From Candidatus Nanosynbacter sp. BB002 (GTDB lineage Bacteria > Patescibacteriota > Saccharimonadia > Saccharimonadales > Saccharimonadaceae), in NCBI RefSeq assembly GCF_037013405.1, contig NZ_CP146064.1, positions 570,001 to 602,000 of the forward strand: DNA of 32,000 bases, in the 5' to 3' direction. The notes below the pieces were generated by a model, which did no database searches, was not told the DNA's origin, and saw only the letters and a list, made by a program, of their open reading frames with translations. Positions 1-8,334 of the stretch are shown here, piece after piece; the stretch's first letter is position 1; each line of letters starts with the position of its first letter. The position numbers and the translations under genes were made by a program.

Positions 1-206
1 AGGCCAAGGGTCAACAGAATTGCTGGCAGCGACAAGATGATAATGATCGGTTTGAGCATACTGTTGATGACGGAAAATATCAAACCAGCTAGCAGAAACG
101 TCAACAAGCCACCATCCGACATGGTGCCTAAAAGTCGCAACGATATCCAGATGCCAAATGAGTTCATGGCCCATCTGAATAAAAATACAAAAAATTGCCG
201 TTTCAT
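1..206 (-). CDS. YvlD-like / phage holin family IV (DUF360) small membrane protein, N-terminal part; 3' end runs off the window
   Basis: Not in the ORF track because it is cut by the window edge. The reverse-strand ATG at 206..204 opens a frame that stays open to position 1: MKRQFFVFLFRWAMNSFGIWISLRLLGTMSDGGLLTFLLAGLIFSVINSMLKPIIIILSLPAILLTLGL. The segment S-x-x-N-x-x-LKPI-x-IILSLP-x-x-LLTLGL matches the hallmark of B. subtilis YvlD-type proteins. Confidence 0.65.
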   Translation of the reverse strand, partial: MKRQFFVFLFRWAMNSFGIWISLRLLGTMSDGGLLTFLLAGLIFSVINSMLKPIIIILSLPAILLTLG

Positions 207-259
207 CACACTGCTACTTATTATAATAATCTGTTCGCATTTTCACAAGAGCTCGGCTG

Positions 260-610
260 TCAGGAACAACCACCGTCACTCACGTCTGAGCTCTTACTAG
301 TGATGTGCATTTTTTGAGAACCACGTGTCGCCTCAATACAGAACTCTTTCCCATCAGCACCCTGGATGTATACATGAACGGGGCCACCGTTATAATTTGG
401 TATTGATGCGCCAGCGGGTAGTGTTGGATAGGCATTGTGAAAATTGCGGTATTGCTCCATAGCCTGCGCTGCACTTTTGAGGTCAGCCGTGATAGCATCG
501 CGCAATGACTTCTGGCGCCAATTGCCGTAGCTGATAATTCCGATAGTGGTCAAAATGGCTATGACTGATATCATAACAAGCACTTCTATAATAGTAAAAC
601 CGCGTTTCAT
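260..610 (-). CDS. Type IV pilin / pseudopilin-like protein (prepilin-type N-terminal cleavage/methylation domain)
   Basis: ORF 260..628; the best start is ATG 610 (MKRGFTIIEVLVMISVIAILTTIGIISY). This is a class III signal peptide: short basic leader, G|F cleavage site, Glu at +5 and a hydrophobic helix of about 20 residues. Two C-terminal Cys (EFCIEA, GGCS) fit a disulfide-bonded pilin D-region. Confidence 0.8.
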   Translation of the reverse strand: MKRGFTIIEVLVMISVIAILTTIGIISYGNWRQKSLRDAITADLKSAAQAMEQYRNFHNAYPTLPAGASIPNYNGGPVHVYIQGADGKEFCIEATRGSQKMHITSKSSDVSDGGCS

Positions 611-616
611 ATTGTT

Positions 617-625
617 AGTATAGCA
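617..625 (-). promoter_or_regulatory. Extended -10 element (TGcTATACT) 6 nt upstream of the pilin ATG
   Basis: The minus strand reads TGCTATACT-aacaat-ATG, with no Shine-Dalgarno in the gap. It sits in the 23-nt spacer after the uvrC stop. Confidence 0.45.
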
Positions 626-633
626 CAAGCGTT

Positions 634-2247
634 TTAGTTATTGGTACGCTGTGCCGTAATATATTTGTGGACGATTTGAGCACGCGACTGGCCAATCACC
701 GACGCTAGGTCATCTTCTGTGGCACTGACAACATTACGGAAGCTACCAAATTTTTTCAGCAATTTAGCGCGAGTTTTTGGCCCAATGCCAGGAATTTCCT
801 CTAGCTGATTTTTCGTTTGCTGCTGACGCTTCAGCGCCGTGTGATAACTCACGGCAAAGCGGTGCGACTCGTCACGGATGCGCTGAAACAGTTTGACGAT
901 GTCAGTTGTCGCAAGGGTATTCTCGTCCGCCGTCGGGCGTTCGTTGCGAGTTTGCTCCATGCTAGCTCGTAAGTTTTTTGAGTGCGAACTGGCGTTACGC
1001 TGGCCTGGGTGTAAATTCACCACATAAACCTCACCGTCTTCATGGATAGCGATGTCCGCCCGCGGCTGCGACTGAGCCTGCTCAATAAACGTGGTATCAA
1101 TCTGCGAACCAGTCTTGTGCACTAATAATTCTTCCTCGCGCTTGACGATGCTGATGATCGGCACAGTGACGCCACGCTCATCACGCGCTTTGATAGCCGC
1201 CGCTAGCTGGCCTTTGCCGCCATCAATCAGCAGCAGATCAGGACGACCCCAGCTTTTTAGATGACGCTCACTCAGCCGGCGAAAAATCGTCTGATAGATA
1301 TTGCCGGTATCATCATTTCTCTCGCTAACTTTGAATTTGCGGTACTCTGCCCGGTCGCTCGCGCCATTGGTAAATACCACCATACTGGCGACAACTTGCT
1401 GGCCGCTCATATGCGAAATGTCATAGCCCTCGATGCGTGCTGGGATACCGTTTAGGCTCAACAATTTTGCCAAATCAGCCAGCGCCTTGTCTTTAGAAAT
1501 ATCCAAAAATTCTTTGTCGCCAAAACAAACCCGCCGCTGCAACTCCTGCATGGCGCGTAGCTTATTGCGAAGATCAGCCGCCCGCTCAAAATCATGCAGC
1601 CCAGCTGCCGTTTTCATGTCGCGCTCCAGCTCAGCAGCGATGGCTTTACGATTACCCTTGATGTAGCTGATGAGTTTGCGTAAATTAGTTTTGTAGATAG
1701 CCGATCCATCACTCAGTCGCGGGCTCAAACCTAAATCTTCATCCAACTTCGACTGCCCCGGACGGCGCTGCCTAGTTAAATAGGGAAACACCCGCCGCAA
1801 ATATCGCAAGGCTTTTTTCAAAGCAAAGCCATTATAAAACGGGCCAATGTATTCCGCACTGTCATCAGCTGGATTACGCGTAAAGCTGACGGTCGGCCAC
1901 TCACTTTTCATGTCGATTCGCACATACATCTGCGATTTATCATCGCGTAGCAGTACGTTGTATCGCGGCATATAGCGCTTGACCATCTCGCTTTCCAGAA
2001 ACAAGGCATCAACTTCGCTTTCAGTCTCAATCCAATCCGTATCAGCGATTTCCGCCACCAACGCCATGGTTTTATTGTCCCGCCCACGCGAATCTTGAAA
2101 ATACTGACGCACGCGGTTTTTCAGCACCGCCGCCTTGCCCACATAAATAATCTCACCGCCGGCTGACTTATGAAAATAAACGCCCGGGGTGCGTGGTAGA
2201 GTTTTGAGCTTGGCTTGCAATGGTTGATTCACCTTTTTATTATACAT
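634..2247 (-). CDS. uvrC: Excinuclease ABC subunit C (UvrC)
   Basis: 537 aa. N-terminal GIY-YIG motif (GVYFHKSAGGEIIYVGKAAVLKNRVRQY), UvrC endonuclease core, and a C-terminal helix-hairpin-helix (LEEIPGIGPKTRAKLLKKFGS). Confidence 0.95.
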   Translation of the reverse strand: MYNKKVNQPLQAKLKTLPRTPGVYFHKSAGGEIIYVGKAAVLKNRVRQYFQDSRGRDNKTMALVAEIADTDWIETESEVDALFLESEMVKRYMPRYNVLLRDDKSQMYVRIDMKSEWPTVSFTRNPADDSAEYIGPFYNGFALKKALRYLRRVFPYLTRQRRPGQSKLDEDLGLSPRLSDGSAIYKTNLRKLISYIKGNRKAIAAELERDMKTAAGLHDFERAADLRNKLRAMQELQRRVCFGDKEFLDISKDKALADLAKLLSLNGIPARIEGYDISHMSGQQVVASMVVFTNGASDRAEYRKFKVSERNDDTGNIYQTIFRRLSERHLKSWGRPDLLLIDGGKGQLAAAIKARDERGVTVPIISIVKREEELLVHKTGSQIDTTFIEQAQSQPRADIAIHEDGEVYVVNLHPGQRNASSHSKNLRASMEQTRNERPTADENTLATTDIVKLFQRIRDESHRFAVSYHTALKRQQQTKNQLEEIPGIGPKTRAKLLKKFGSFRNVVSATEDDLASVIGQSRAQIVHKYITAQRTNN

Positions 2248-2263
2248 TTTTCTAGGCTAGTAA

Positions 2264-2272
2264 TGTTACAAT
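2264..2272 (+). promoter_or_regulatory. Extended -10 element (TGtTACAAT) 7 nt upstream of the HAD gene ATG
   Basis: Reads TGTTACAAT-tagtaat-ATG(2280) with no SD. It lies in the 32-nt divergent spacer shared with uvrC. Confidence 0.4.
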
Positions 2273-2279
2273 TAGTAAT

Positions 2280-2909
2280 ATGTCGCAGACGAAAAACCCA
2301 CACCACTCCATCAAAGCCATCGTCTTTGATCTTGATGGTGTGTATTTCAACAAAGGCAAGGCTGAATTCCTGAGCAGCCTCACACGCTACGGCGTTGAGG
2401 AAGCGAGCGCCAAGTCGGTCTTTCTGACGAGTCAGCACATGGCTGATTATAAACTGGGGAAAATCGATGACAATGAATTCTGGACGTGGGCAGAATCGCA
2501 GTGGCATACAGGCCTGTCTAATCATGAGCTTATAGAGCTGATGCTTGATGGCTATGTGATAGATGAACGCGTTGCGCAACTGGCGACAAGGGTTCAACAT
2601 GCGGGCTACAAAACATTGATCTGCTCCAATAATTTTCCAGCTCGTATCAACGGCCTGGAGAGAAAGTTTGGTTTTCTACAGCAATTTGATACAGCAGTTT
2701 TCTCATATCAAGTTCATGCCGCTAAACCGTCAACCGAGATTTTCGCCGAATTGCTGCGTCGCTCTGGTCGCCAACCACAAGAGATAGTCTACGCTGATGA
2801 CAAGCCAACTGCACTCACTGGTGCGAAGGATCTTGGCATTAACACACTGGTTTATACTGATTTTGATACATACCGTGACGACCTCCAAGAGCTGGGAATT
2901 ATTTTATGA
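2280..2909 (+). CDS. HAD-superfamily hydrolase (subfamily IA-like)
   Basis: 209 aa. Motif I IVFDLDGVYF (DxDG), motif II-like LICSNN, and a C-terminal K...YADDK acidic motif. Confidence 0.85.
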   Translation: MSQTKNPHHSIKAIVFDLDGVYFNKGKAEFLSSLTRYGVEEASAKSVFLTSQHMADYKLGKIDDNEFWTWAESQWHTGLSNHELIELMLDGYVIDERVAQLATRVQHAGYKTLICSNNFPARINGLERKFGFLQQFDTAVFSYQVHAAKPSTEIFAELLRRSGRQPQEIVYADDKPTALTGAKDLGINTLVYTDFDTYRDDLQELGIIL

Positions 2910-2923
2910 TATCGCAACCGGGT

Positions 2924-3283
2924 TTAATGCCAGCCTAGCAGTTCAGTGAACGACTTCTGCGCGCTAACACATTCACCCAACTCAATGCTCGTAACTGGCA
3001 AAGTAATATTATGCGCGAGCAACAATCTGCGCACTTCTTCCTGTTTGTTATATGGCACCTCTATGTGCGAGATATCAGTGATAGCTATTCGCTTGTCGGC
3101 ACGCGCTTCGTAGTAACGCATTGGTTTTTCTAACTCTACTTGTGAAGCAAGGTGCTTAATGCCAATGAGTATTGGATAGTTACCAGGAATATCACTACCT
3201 AAACAAAAGATATCCCACACATCACGCGCCTGTCTATTCACCTTCTTACCCCATGTGTTGTCACCATGTTCATCATGCGACAA
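2924..3283 (-). CDS. Hypothetical protein (119-aa ORF, TTG start); possibly the out-of-frame 3' continuation of the fragment upstream
   Basis: An open frame only, with no motif I recognise. It overlaps the 3273..3542 ORF by 11 nt in a different frame. The first in-frame ATG is far internal. Confidence 0.35.
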   Translation of the reverse strand: MSHDEHGDNTWGKKVNRQARDVWDIFCLGSDIPGNYPILIGIKHLASQVELEKPMRYYEARADKRIAITDISHIEVPYNKQEEVRRLLLAHNITLPVTSIELGECVSAQKSFTELLGWH

Positions 3284-3542
3284 GCTGCGCCATGTTTTCC
3301 AGCACCGCCTGGCTTAGTCCGCCAAACACTTTTGCCTGCGTCATGATATTTACTGCGTTCGTTAATTTCTCTGCCTGCGCCTTGCCGACCAATTTGTAAT
3401 CATCAACGTCATGCAGCCAAGCCGTCAACAGCACTTCTTGCAAATCCACTGGCTCACTGCACTCGCTAGCAAAACGCTCTGCCAGCAGCGCCAGAACCGG
3501 CGTGGGTATTGAACGGAATGATTGTTTTGCCGACAAAGTCAT
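3273..3542 (-). CDS. 89-aa ORF fragment with an HD-like signature (LLTAWLHDVDDYKL); probably a gene remnant
   Basis: It contains an LHDVDD motif resembling the HD dyad of HD-domain phosphohydrolases, but lacks the upstream His. An in-frame stop lies 3 codons above its ATG. Its 5' part overlaps the flavodoxin fragment in another frame. Confidence 0.3.
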   Translation of the reverse strand: MTLSAKQSFRSIPTPVLALLAERFASECSEPVDLQEVLLTAWLHDVDDYKLVGKAQAEKLTNAVNIMTQAKVFGGLSQAVLENMAQLVA

Positions 3543-3857
3543 ACTTTTCTAAAAAAGTATTGATGATCATCGGCGACTCGCCCCACCAAATCGGATAGCC
3601 CAAGAAAATAGTATCATGAGCAGACAAATCTACCTTGCCTTGGAATGCTGGCCGCGCGTTTTCGGCTTTTTCACGCTTGGCAACTTCAGTACATTCTTGA
3701 TAATTATCCGGATACGGATTCACCGGCTCCAGCTTGAAAACGTCGATTTTATCGCCGAAATAATCCTTGATATAACCAGCAATTACCTCCGTATTGCCAA
3801 CTTCAGTGTCATCAACACCGTAATTTTCGCCCGCCCGCGAGAAAATGTTAGTAGCAT
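3466..3857 (-). pseudogene. Flavodoxin-family (flavodoxin_4-like) gene, frameshifted after codon 3-4 and truncated after the THAGSG loop
   Basis: A strong SD AAGGAGG (3870..3864) and ATG (3857..3855) give MLLT in one frame. The homologous sequence (N)IFSRAGENYGVDDTEVGNTEVIAGYIKDYFGDKIDVFKLEPVNPYPDNY...IFLGYPIWWGESPMIINTFLEKYDFVGKTIIPFNTHAGSG is in the adjacent frame, which has no start codon. The frame stops 10 codons after GSG, whereas family members carry about 45-50 more residues. Confidence 0.6.
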
Positions 3858-3908
3858 ATTATACCTCCTTACGTAACCATTATAGCACTACGTAGTGTGC
3901 GGCACGAA

Positions 3909-4256
3909 TCACCGCTCTAACCACTGCTGCAGCACTACCGCCTGATTATGCTCGATATCTTTAGCACTGTATAACAGCGTAACAACTGGATGTTTTTGCC
4001 ATTGTTGTTTAAGAGTGGCGGCTACAGAACTAGCATCCAGCTCTTCGGTATAACGCGACCTAAACCCTACAAATTTTTCCGGATCATGACCGAACCATTG
4101 GCGCAACTCGTTAGTCGGTGCGATATCTTTTGCCCATTCGTCTAGCGCTGCTCGTTCTTTACTGATACCGCGCGGCCATAATCGGTCAACCAGCACGCGG
4201 TAGCCATCGTCCGATTCTGGCGATTCGTAAATTCGTTTAATTTTATAAACTGTCAT
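3909..4256 (-). CDS. DUF488 (YeaO-like) protein
   Basis: 115 aa. RIYESPESDDGYRVLVDRLWPRGISKERAALDEWAKDIAPTNELRQWFGH is close to E. coli YeaO (DGYRILVDRLWPRGI...LDEW.K...PS.ELR). Confidence 0.9.
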   Translation of the reverse strand: MTVYKIKRIYESPESDDGYRVLVDRLWPRGISKERAALDEWAKDIAPTNELRQWFGHDPEKFVGFRSRYTEELDASSVAATLKQQWQKHPVVTLLYSAKDIEHNQAVVLQQWLER

Positions 4257-4834
4257 GACAGCACCTCCTTAACTATAGTTTGTAGAGCTGGAATGACATC
4301 CGATTCAAACCAGGGATTACGTTTGCGCCAGCCAATATTGAGCGGCGATGGATGAACCAATGGAAAATAATCTGGCAAATACATATTAAAGTCCGCCACA
4401 GTTGCTGTCAAATTATGCTTGGCGCAGCGATCAAGATAATATTTTTGCGCATACGAACCAACCAAAATTGTCAATCGCACATTCGGCATCTGCGTCAATA
4501 AGCACGGGTGCCATTTCCTAGCAAAGTCCAAGCGCGGCGGCAAATCACCGTGCACTCCCCTGCCTGGATAATAAAAATCTATCGGCATCAACGCAAAGAG
4601 ATCGGGATTGTAAAACTGCTCATCCGTTACGTTCAGCCATCGCCGAAGTAAACGACCGCTAGCATCATTCCACGGCTTTAGCGTTTGCTGAGCAATTCGA
4701 CCTGGCGCCTGCCCAACTAGTACAACTCGCGAACTTGACGAAGCAGAATACACAGGCGACCAGCCTCTATTAGCAAAATCAGCATTCATTGGATCGGCTG
4801 CAATCTGATCATATAAAAGCGGTTTAGCCTGCAA
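4253..4834 (-). CDS. Uracil-DNA glycosylase superfamily protein (family 4/5-like motifs)
   Basis: 193 aa. Motif A is VVLVGQAPG and motif B is HPSPLN. TTG start, with an alternative internal ATG at codon 16. The stop overlaps the DUF488 start (ATGA). Confidence 0.8.
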   Translation of the reverse strand: MQAKPLLYDQIAADPMNADFANRGWSPVYSASSSSRVVLVGQAPGRIAQQTLKPWNDASGRLLRRWLNVTDEQFYNPDLFALMPIDFYYPGRGVHGDLPPRLDFARKWHPCLLTQMPNVRLTILVGSYAQKYYLDRCAKHNLTATVADFNMYLPDYFPLVHPSPLNIGWRKRNPWFESDVIPALQTIVKEVLS

Positions 4835-4869
4835 TGTAATATACTTTCGTTTGTAATCCGAGTTAATAA

Positions 4870-5265
4870 CTATTCTGTCGTCACACCATCAAAATCTTCT
4901 TCGTTAACTTCCGCTTCTTCGCGTGTCGCCCGAACAATGCCATCTTTGTGATGTGCTGGACTATAAATCGTGTAGAGCTTAAGTGGCTCTTCGCCAATAT
5001 TTATCACATTGTGCTCAGCACCTGCTGGCACGATAATAGCACTGCCGTCAGACACAGCATACTCATTGCCATCAATCAAAACCTTACCCTGACCTGCCTC
5101 AAATCGGAAGAATTGATCATTCTCCTCATGAACCTCTGAGCCAATTTCACCGCCAACTGGCAGACTCATCAATACCAATTGACAGTGCTTCGCCGTATAA
5201 AGCACCTGACGAAAATTATTATTCTGCACCGTCAATTCTTCAATATTTCCATTAAAACCCTTCAT
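4870..5265 (-). CDS. Cupin-domain protein
   Basis: 131 aa. Cupin motifs G-x5-H-x-H/E (GGEIGSEVHEEND) and G..IIVPAGAEHNVIN. SD AGGAGGA lies 5 nt upstream of the ATG. Confidence 0.85.
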   Translation of the reverse strand: MKGFNGNIEELTVQNNNFRQVLYTAKHCQLVLMSLPVGGEIGSEVHEENDQFFRFEAGQGKVLIDGNEYAVSDGSAIIVPAGAEHNVINIGEEPLKLYTIYSPAHHKDGIVRATREEAEVNEEDFDGVTTE

Positions 5266-5290
5266 AAAAATCCTCCTTTTAACTTAATTT

Positions 5291-5620
5291 CTACTTTGCG
5301 GCTTTCTCTAAAGCATCGATCAGCGTTTGCTTCGGTTTCATGCCAATCAGCTCCTCAACAATTTCACCGCCAACAAAAACCTTCATATTCGGAATACCTT
5401 GAACACGATAGTCCATAGCCAACTGCGCATTCTCCTGGCTGGCTTCAGTATCAACTTTGACGACATCAAACTCAGTTTCTTCAGCAATTTGGTGTAAAAT
5501 TGGCGCCATCGCTCGGCACGGCGGACACCACGGCGCCCAAAAATCAACCAGCACTGGCTTGTCGCTTTTTAGCACTTTCTCTTCAAATTCTTGTTTTGTT
5601 GTAATCTCATATAACGCCAT
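5291..5620 (-). CDS. trxA: Thioredoxin (active site WCPPC)
   Basis: The best start is ATG 5620 (MALYEITTKQEFEEKV), preceded by AGGAGGA. The active site reads DFWAPWCPPCRAMAP and the thioredoxin fold length is about 109 aa. The ORF-track start at 5668 has no RBS. Confidence 0.9.
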   Translation of the reverse strand: MALYEITTKQEFEEKVLKSDKPVLVDFWAPWCPPCRAMAPILHQIAEETEFDVVKVDTEASQENAQLAMDYRVQGIPNMKVFVGGEIVEELIGMKPKQTLIDALEKAAK

Positions 5621-5657
5621 TATTTTCCTCCTTTGCTCATATTCTATTATACAGCAG

Positions 5658-6422
5658 CTACACGCCAAATGAACAAAATCTTATCACATCAACCACTATA
5701 TGTGCACCTATGGCCGAACTAACATCGCGCTTTCGTTGCATGACGGCAAACGGCAGACCAAACAATAGCGCCAACGCCAGGACGCTACCCAGCGCAAAAT
5801 TAGCTGTATTAAAATGAAGCAAGACGTGAGGCAATATCATAACGAGATAGCACAAAAAATTATCTAATTTTGACAGTAATCTATCCTTAATGAAATAGAT
5901 GCACGTAGCAAAGAAAAAGAAGCGGAAAATAATTTCTTCCGAAATACCAGCACGCATGGCGTTTAAGAACCATTCTGGCTTGAGCGAAAAAGCAATATTC
6001 CAAGAAATTTTTGCCAGGAGAATATTGACGGTTCCCAGCGCCAATCCTACCAATAGGGCAAGGCAAATTGTTTTTAGTATTTCTTTTTTGTTGACCATTT
6101 TACAGAGGACAATTGCATGCTTACTTTTCTTGAGCACACTAACACCTCCAACATACGCAACAGCAGAGCACACTCCCATGAACATACTGGATGGTGCAGC
6201 CAGACAGCCTAAAATTACAGCAATGATAACATCAGTTCTAGAAACATTTTTGTTCCTTACGATAAATAAAACTGCCAATAAAACAACAACCAAAAACCAC
6301 AGGATGTTAAGCTTTTGTGGATTTAGTAACGTTATCGACCACAGCGCCACAAAAAAGAGGTTGATACCGAGCAGTACTCGTGTTGAAGATCGGTGTAAAA
6401 CTACAGCATGTTCTTGACTCAT
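5658..6422 (-). CDS. CPBP-family intramembrane glutamic protease (CAAX protease / Abi-like)
   Basis: 254 aa, polytopic. Motif 1 EEIIFRFFFF (EExxxR), motif 2 LPHVLLHF (FxxxH-like) and a distal GAHIVVD. Confidence 0.8.
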   Translation of the reverse strand: MSQEHAVVLHRSSTRVLLGINLFFVALWSITLLNPQKLNILWFLVVVLLAVLFIVRNKNVSRTDVIIAVILGCLAAPSSMFMGVCSAVAYVGGVSVLKKSKHAIVLCKMVNKKEILKTICLALLVGLALGTVNILLAKISWNIAFSLKPEWFLNAMRAGISEEIIFRFFFFATCIYFIKDRLLSKLDNFLCYLVMILPHVLLHFNTANFALGSVLALALLFGLPFAVMQRKRDVSSAIGAHIVVDVIRFCSFGV

Positions 6423-6428
6423 GGCATA

Positions 6429-6437
6429 ACTATATCA
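6429..6437 (-). promoter_or_regulatory. Extended -10 element (TGaTATAGT) 6 nt upstream of the CPBP ATG
   Basis: The minus strand reads TGATATAGT-tatgcc-ATG(6422), with no SD. Confidence 0.4.
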
Positions 6438-6559
6438 TATACTTGTACAACATGTATGAACTTACCAGAGAAGGTGAGTTCCTCTAAATCCTCACGTTCG
6501 CAATAGTTAACCTACCAGCGAACCACTGAATACAGAAACTAACCAAAGGAGTATTTACG

Positions 6560-8329
6560 TTGACAAAAGTATCAAACAAAGAAATATTAGGCCTGTTCTG
6601 GCGAATATCACGGCCCTACAAGCATCGGCGGAATTTGACTATTTTCTTTACAATCATCACACTTGCCATCACAATTTTTGTTGGCCCGCTGATTATTGCA
6701 GAATTGCTCAACACCATCCAAAGCGGTCAACTAAACAACACGGAGAAACTATGGAAATTAGTCGCACTCTACGGCATGAGCGAATTATGGTCAAATGTCA
6801 TTAGCTGGCGCTTAGTCCTATATCTCGCTTGGACATTCGAAACTGCCCTACAACGTGATCTATACGCACGGTGTTTTAGCAAACTAACCAACCAAACGAT
6901 GTTTTTTCATGCCAATAAATTTGGCGGTTCACTTGTCAGCCAAACCAACAAATTAAATGGCGCAGTCGAACGTTTTTGGGACACAATTATTTGGTCAATT
7001 TTGCCGTTGGTAATTTCCCTGGTTGGCTCGATCATAATTTTGTCAACTCTGCTGTGGCAATACGCCGTATTTCTCCTACTATTCTCAATCATATTTAGCA
7101 TTGTTGTCTACTTTGGCTCTCGACCGATGGCTAAGCTGAACGAGACAGAAGCCAAAGCCAGCAACAAAGTGAGCGGACAATTAGCCGATGCTGTTTCAAA
7201 CATTTTGGCCGTAAAATCGTCTGGTGCCGAGGCGCTGGAACAGCAACGCTTTGCAAAGACCGTTACATCATGGCGCGGCGCCAGCCTGGGTACCATGCGC
7301 GGGCTCCTAAAAGTCAGTACTGTGTATTCAACCATTAATATAACGATAAAAATTGGCGCCATAGCCTTTGCGATATACGCCGCCCAGCACAATGTAGTGT
7401 CAGTAGCGGCGGTTTACCTCATCATCACCTATACTGGCAGCGTAGCGCACGAGCTGTGGAATATGAACGGCATTATGCGTAGTTATAACCGTATCCTTGG
7501 TGACGCTCACGATATGGTGGAAATTCTGACCACGCCGACGACACTGGTCGATCAAAGTGACGCAAAGCTTGCTGTCACACGCGGTAGCATCAACATGGAC
7601 AACGTGACCTTTACTCATGATGAGGGCGAGGGTGACACGCTGTTTCATGCTTTTTCTCTTCGCATTCAGCCAGGTGAAAAAATTGGCTTGGTTGGATCAA
7701 GTGGGTCTGGCAAGACTACCTTGACTAAACTATTGCTACGGTTTGCTGACATCGACTCGGGAGAGATTACCATTGACGCGCAAAACATCGCTGAAGTCAC
7801 CCAGGCAAGCCTGCGTGAACAAATTGCCTACGTGCCGCAAGAGCCGTTACTATTTCACCGTTCGGTGCGTGAGAATATCGCTTACGGTCGACCTAACGCA
7901 ACTGATGCTGAAATTGAACGTGCCGCTAAGAAAGCTGGTGCCTATGATTTTATCGTTAAATTACACGATGGCTTTGATACCATGGTCGGTGAGCGCGGCG
8001 TGAAACTATCAGGCGGACAACGACAGCGCATCGCCATCGCCCGGGCAATTTTGAAAGATGCACCAATCCTGATTCTTGATGAAGCAACCTCAGCCTTAGA
8101 CTCAGAGTCAGAAGCGCTAATCCAACAGTCACTGGAAACATTGATGAAGGGTCGAACCTCAATTGTCATCGCCCACCGCTTATCAACCATCGCCAAACTG
8201 GATCGCATCATTGTTCTAGAAAATGGACGCATCGTCGAAGACGGTTCACACGAGCAGTTGCTTGCCAAAAAACGTAGCGTTTATGCCAAACTGTGGGCAC
8301 GACAGTCCGGCGGATTTATCGAAGATTAA
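6560..8329 (+). CDS. ABC exporter, fused permease/ATPase half-transporter (MsbA/type I exporter-like)
   Basis: 589 aa. Six-TM N-terminal domain, then Walker A GSSGSGKTT, signature LSGGQRQR, Walker B ILILDEATSALD and H-loop IAHRLST. TTG start with AAAGGAG 8 nt upstream. Confidence 0.93.
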   Translation: MTKVSNKEILGLFWRISRPYKHRRNLTIFFTIITLAITIFVGPLIIAELLNTIQSGQLNNTEKLWKLVALYGMSELWSNVISWRLVLYLAWTFETALQRDLYARCFSKLTNQTMFFHANKFGGSLVSQTNKLNGAVERFWDTIIWSILPLVISLVGSIIILSTLLWQYAVFLLLFSIIFSIVVYFGSRPMAKLNETEAKASNKVSGQLADAVSNILAVKSSGAEALEQQRFAKTVTSWRGASLGTMRGLLKVSTVYSTINITIKIGAIAFAIYAAQHNVVSVAAVYLIITYTGSVAHELWNMNGIMRSYNRILGDAHDMVEILTTPTTLVDQSDAKLAVTRGSINMDNVTFTHDEGEGDTLFHAFSLRIQPGEKIGLVGSSGSGKTTLTKLLLRFADIDSGEITIDAQNIAEVTQASLREQIAYVPQEPLLFHRSVRENIAYGRPNATDAEIERAAKKAGAYDFIVKLHDGFDTMVGERGVKLSGGQRQRIAIARAILKDAPILILDEATSALDSESEALIQQSLETLMKGRTSIVIAHRLSTIAKLDRIIVLENGRIVEDGSHEQLLAKKRSVYAKLWARQSGGFIED

Positions 8330-8334
8330 CATAA

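Noticed and set aside
248-296. 8-bp inverted repeat AAGAGCTC ... GAGCTCTT spanning the pilin stop codon, considered as a terminator
   Set aside because: The loop is 33 nt and no U-tract follows. One arm lies inside the coding sequence. This is not a credible intrinsic terminator.
37-300. 87-aa plus-strand ORF at the window start
   Set aside because: It is antisense to the YvlD-like gene (1..206) and to the pilin 3' end. It has no RBS or promoter and a low-complexity translation.
2229-2600. 123-aa minus-strand ORF overlapping the uvrC start and the HAD gene
   Set aside because: It is antisense to the motif-bearing HAD hydrolase. It would also have to overlap the uvrC N-terminus.
5899-6417. 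172-aa plus-strand ORF
   Set aside because: It is fully antisense to the CPBP protease gene, which carries clear family motifs. It has no start context.
6452-6487. 11-codon ORF (MYELTREGEFL) in the CPBP/ABC divergent spacer, considered as a possible peptide substrate
   Set aside because: It has no SD, no leader-peptide features (no double-Gly, no Cys) and is very short. It is more likely part of the ABC gene's 5' UTR.
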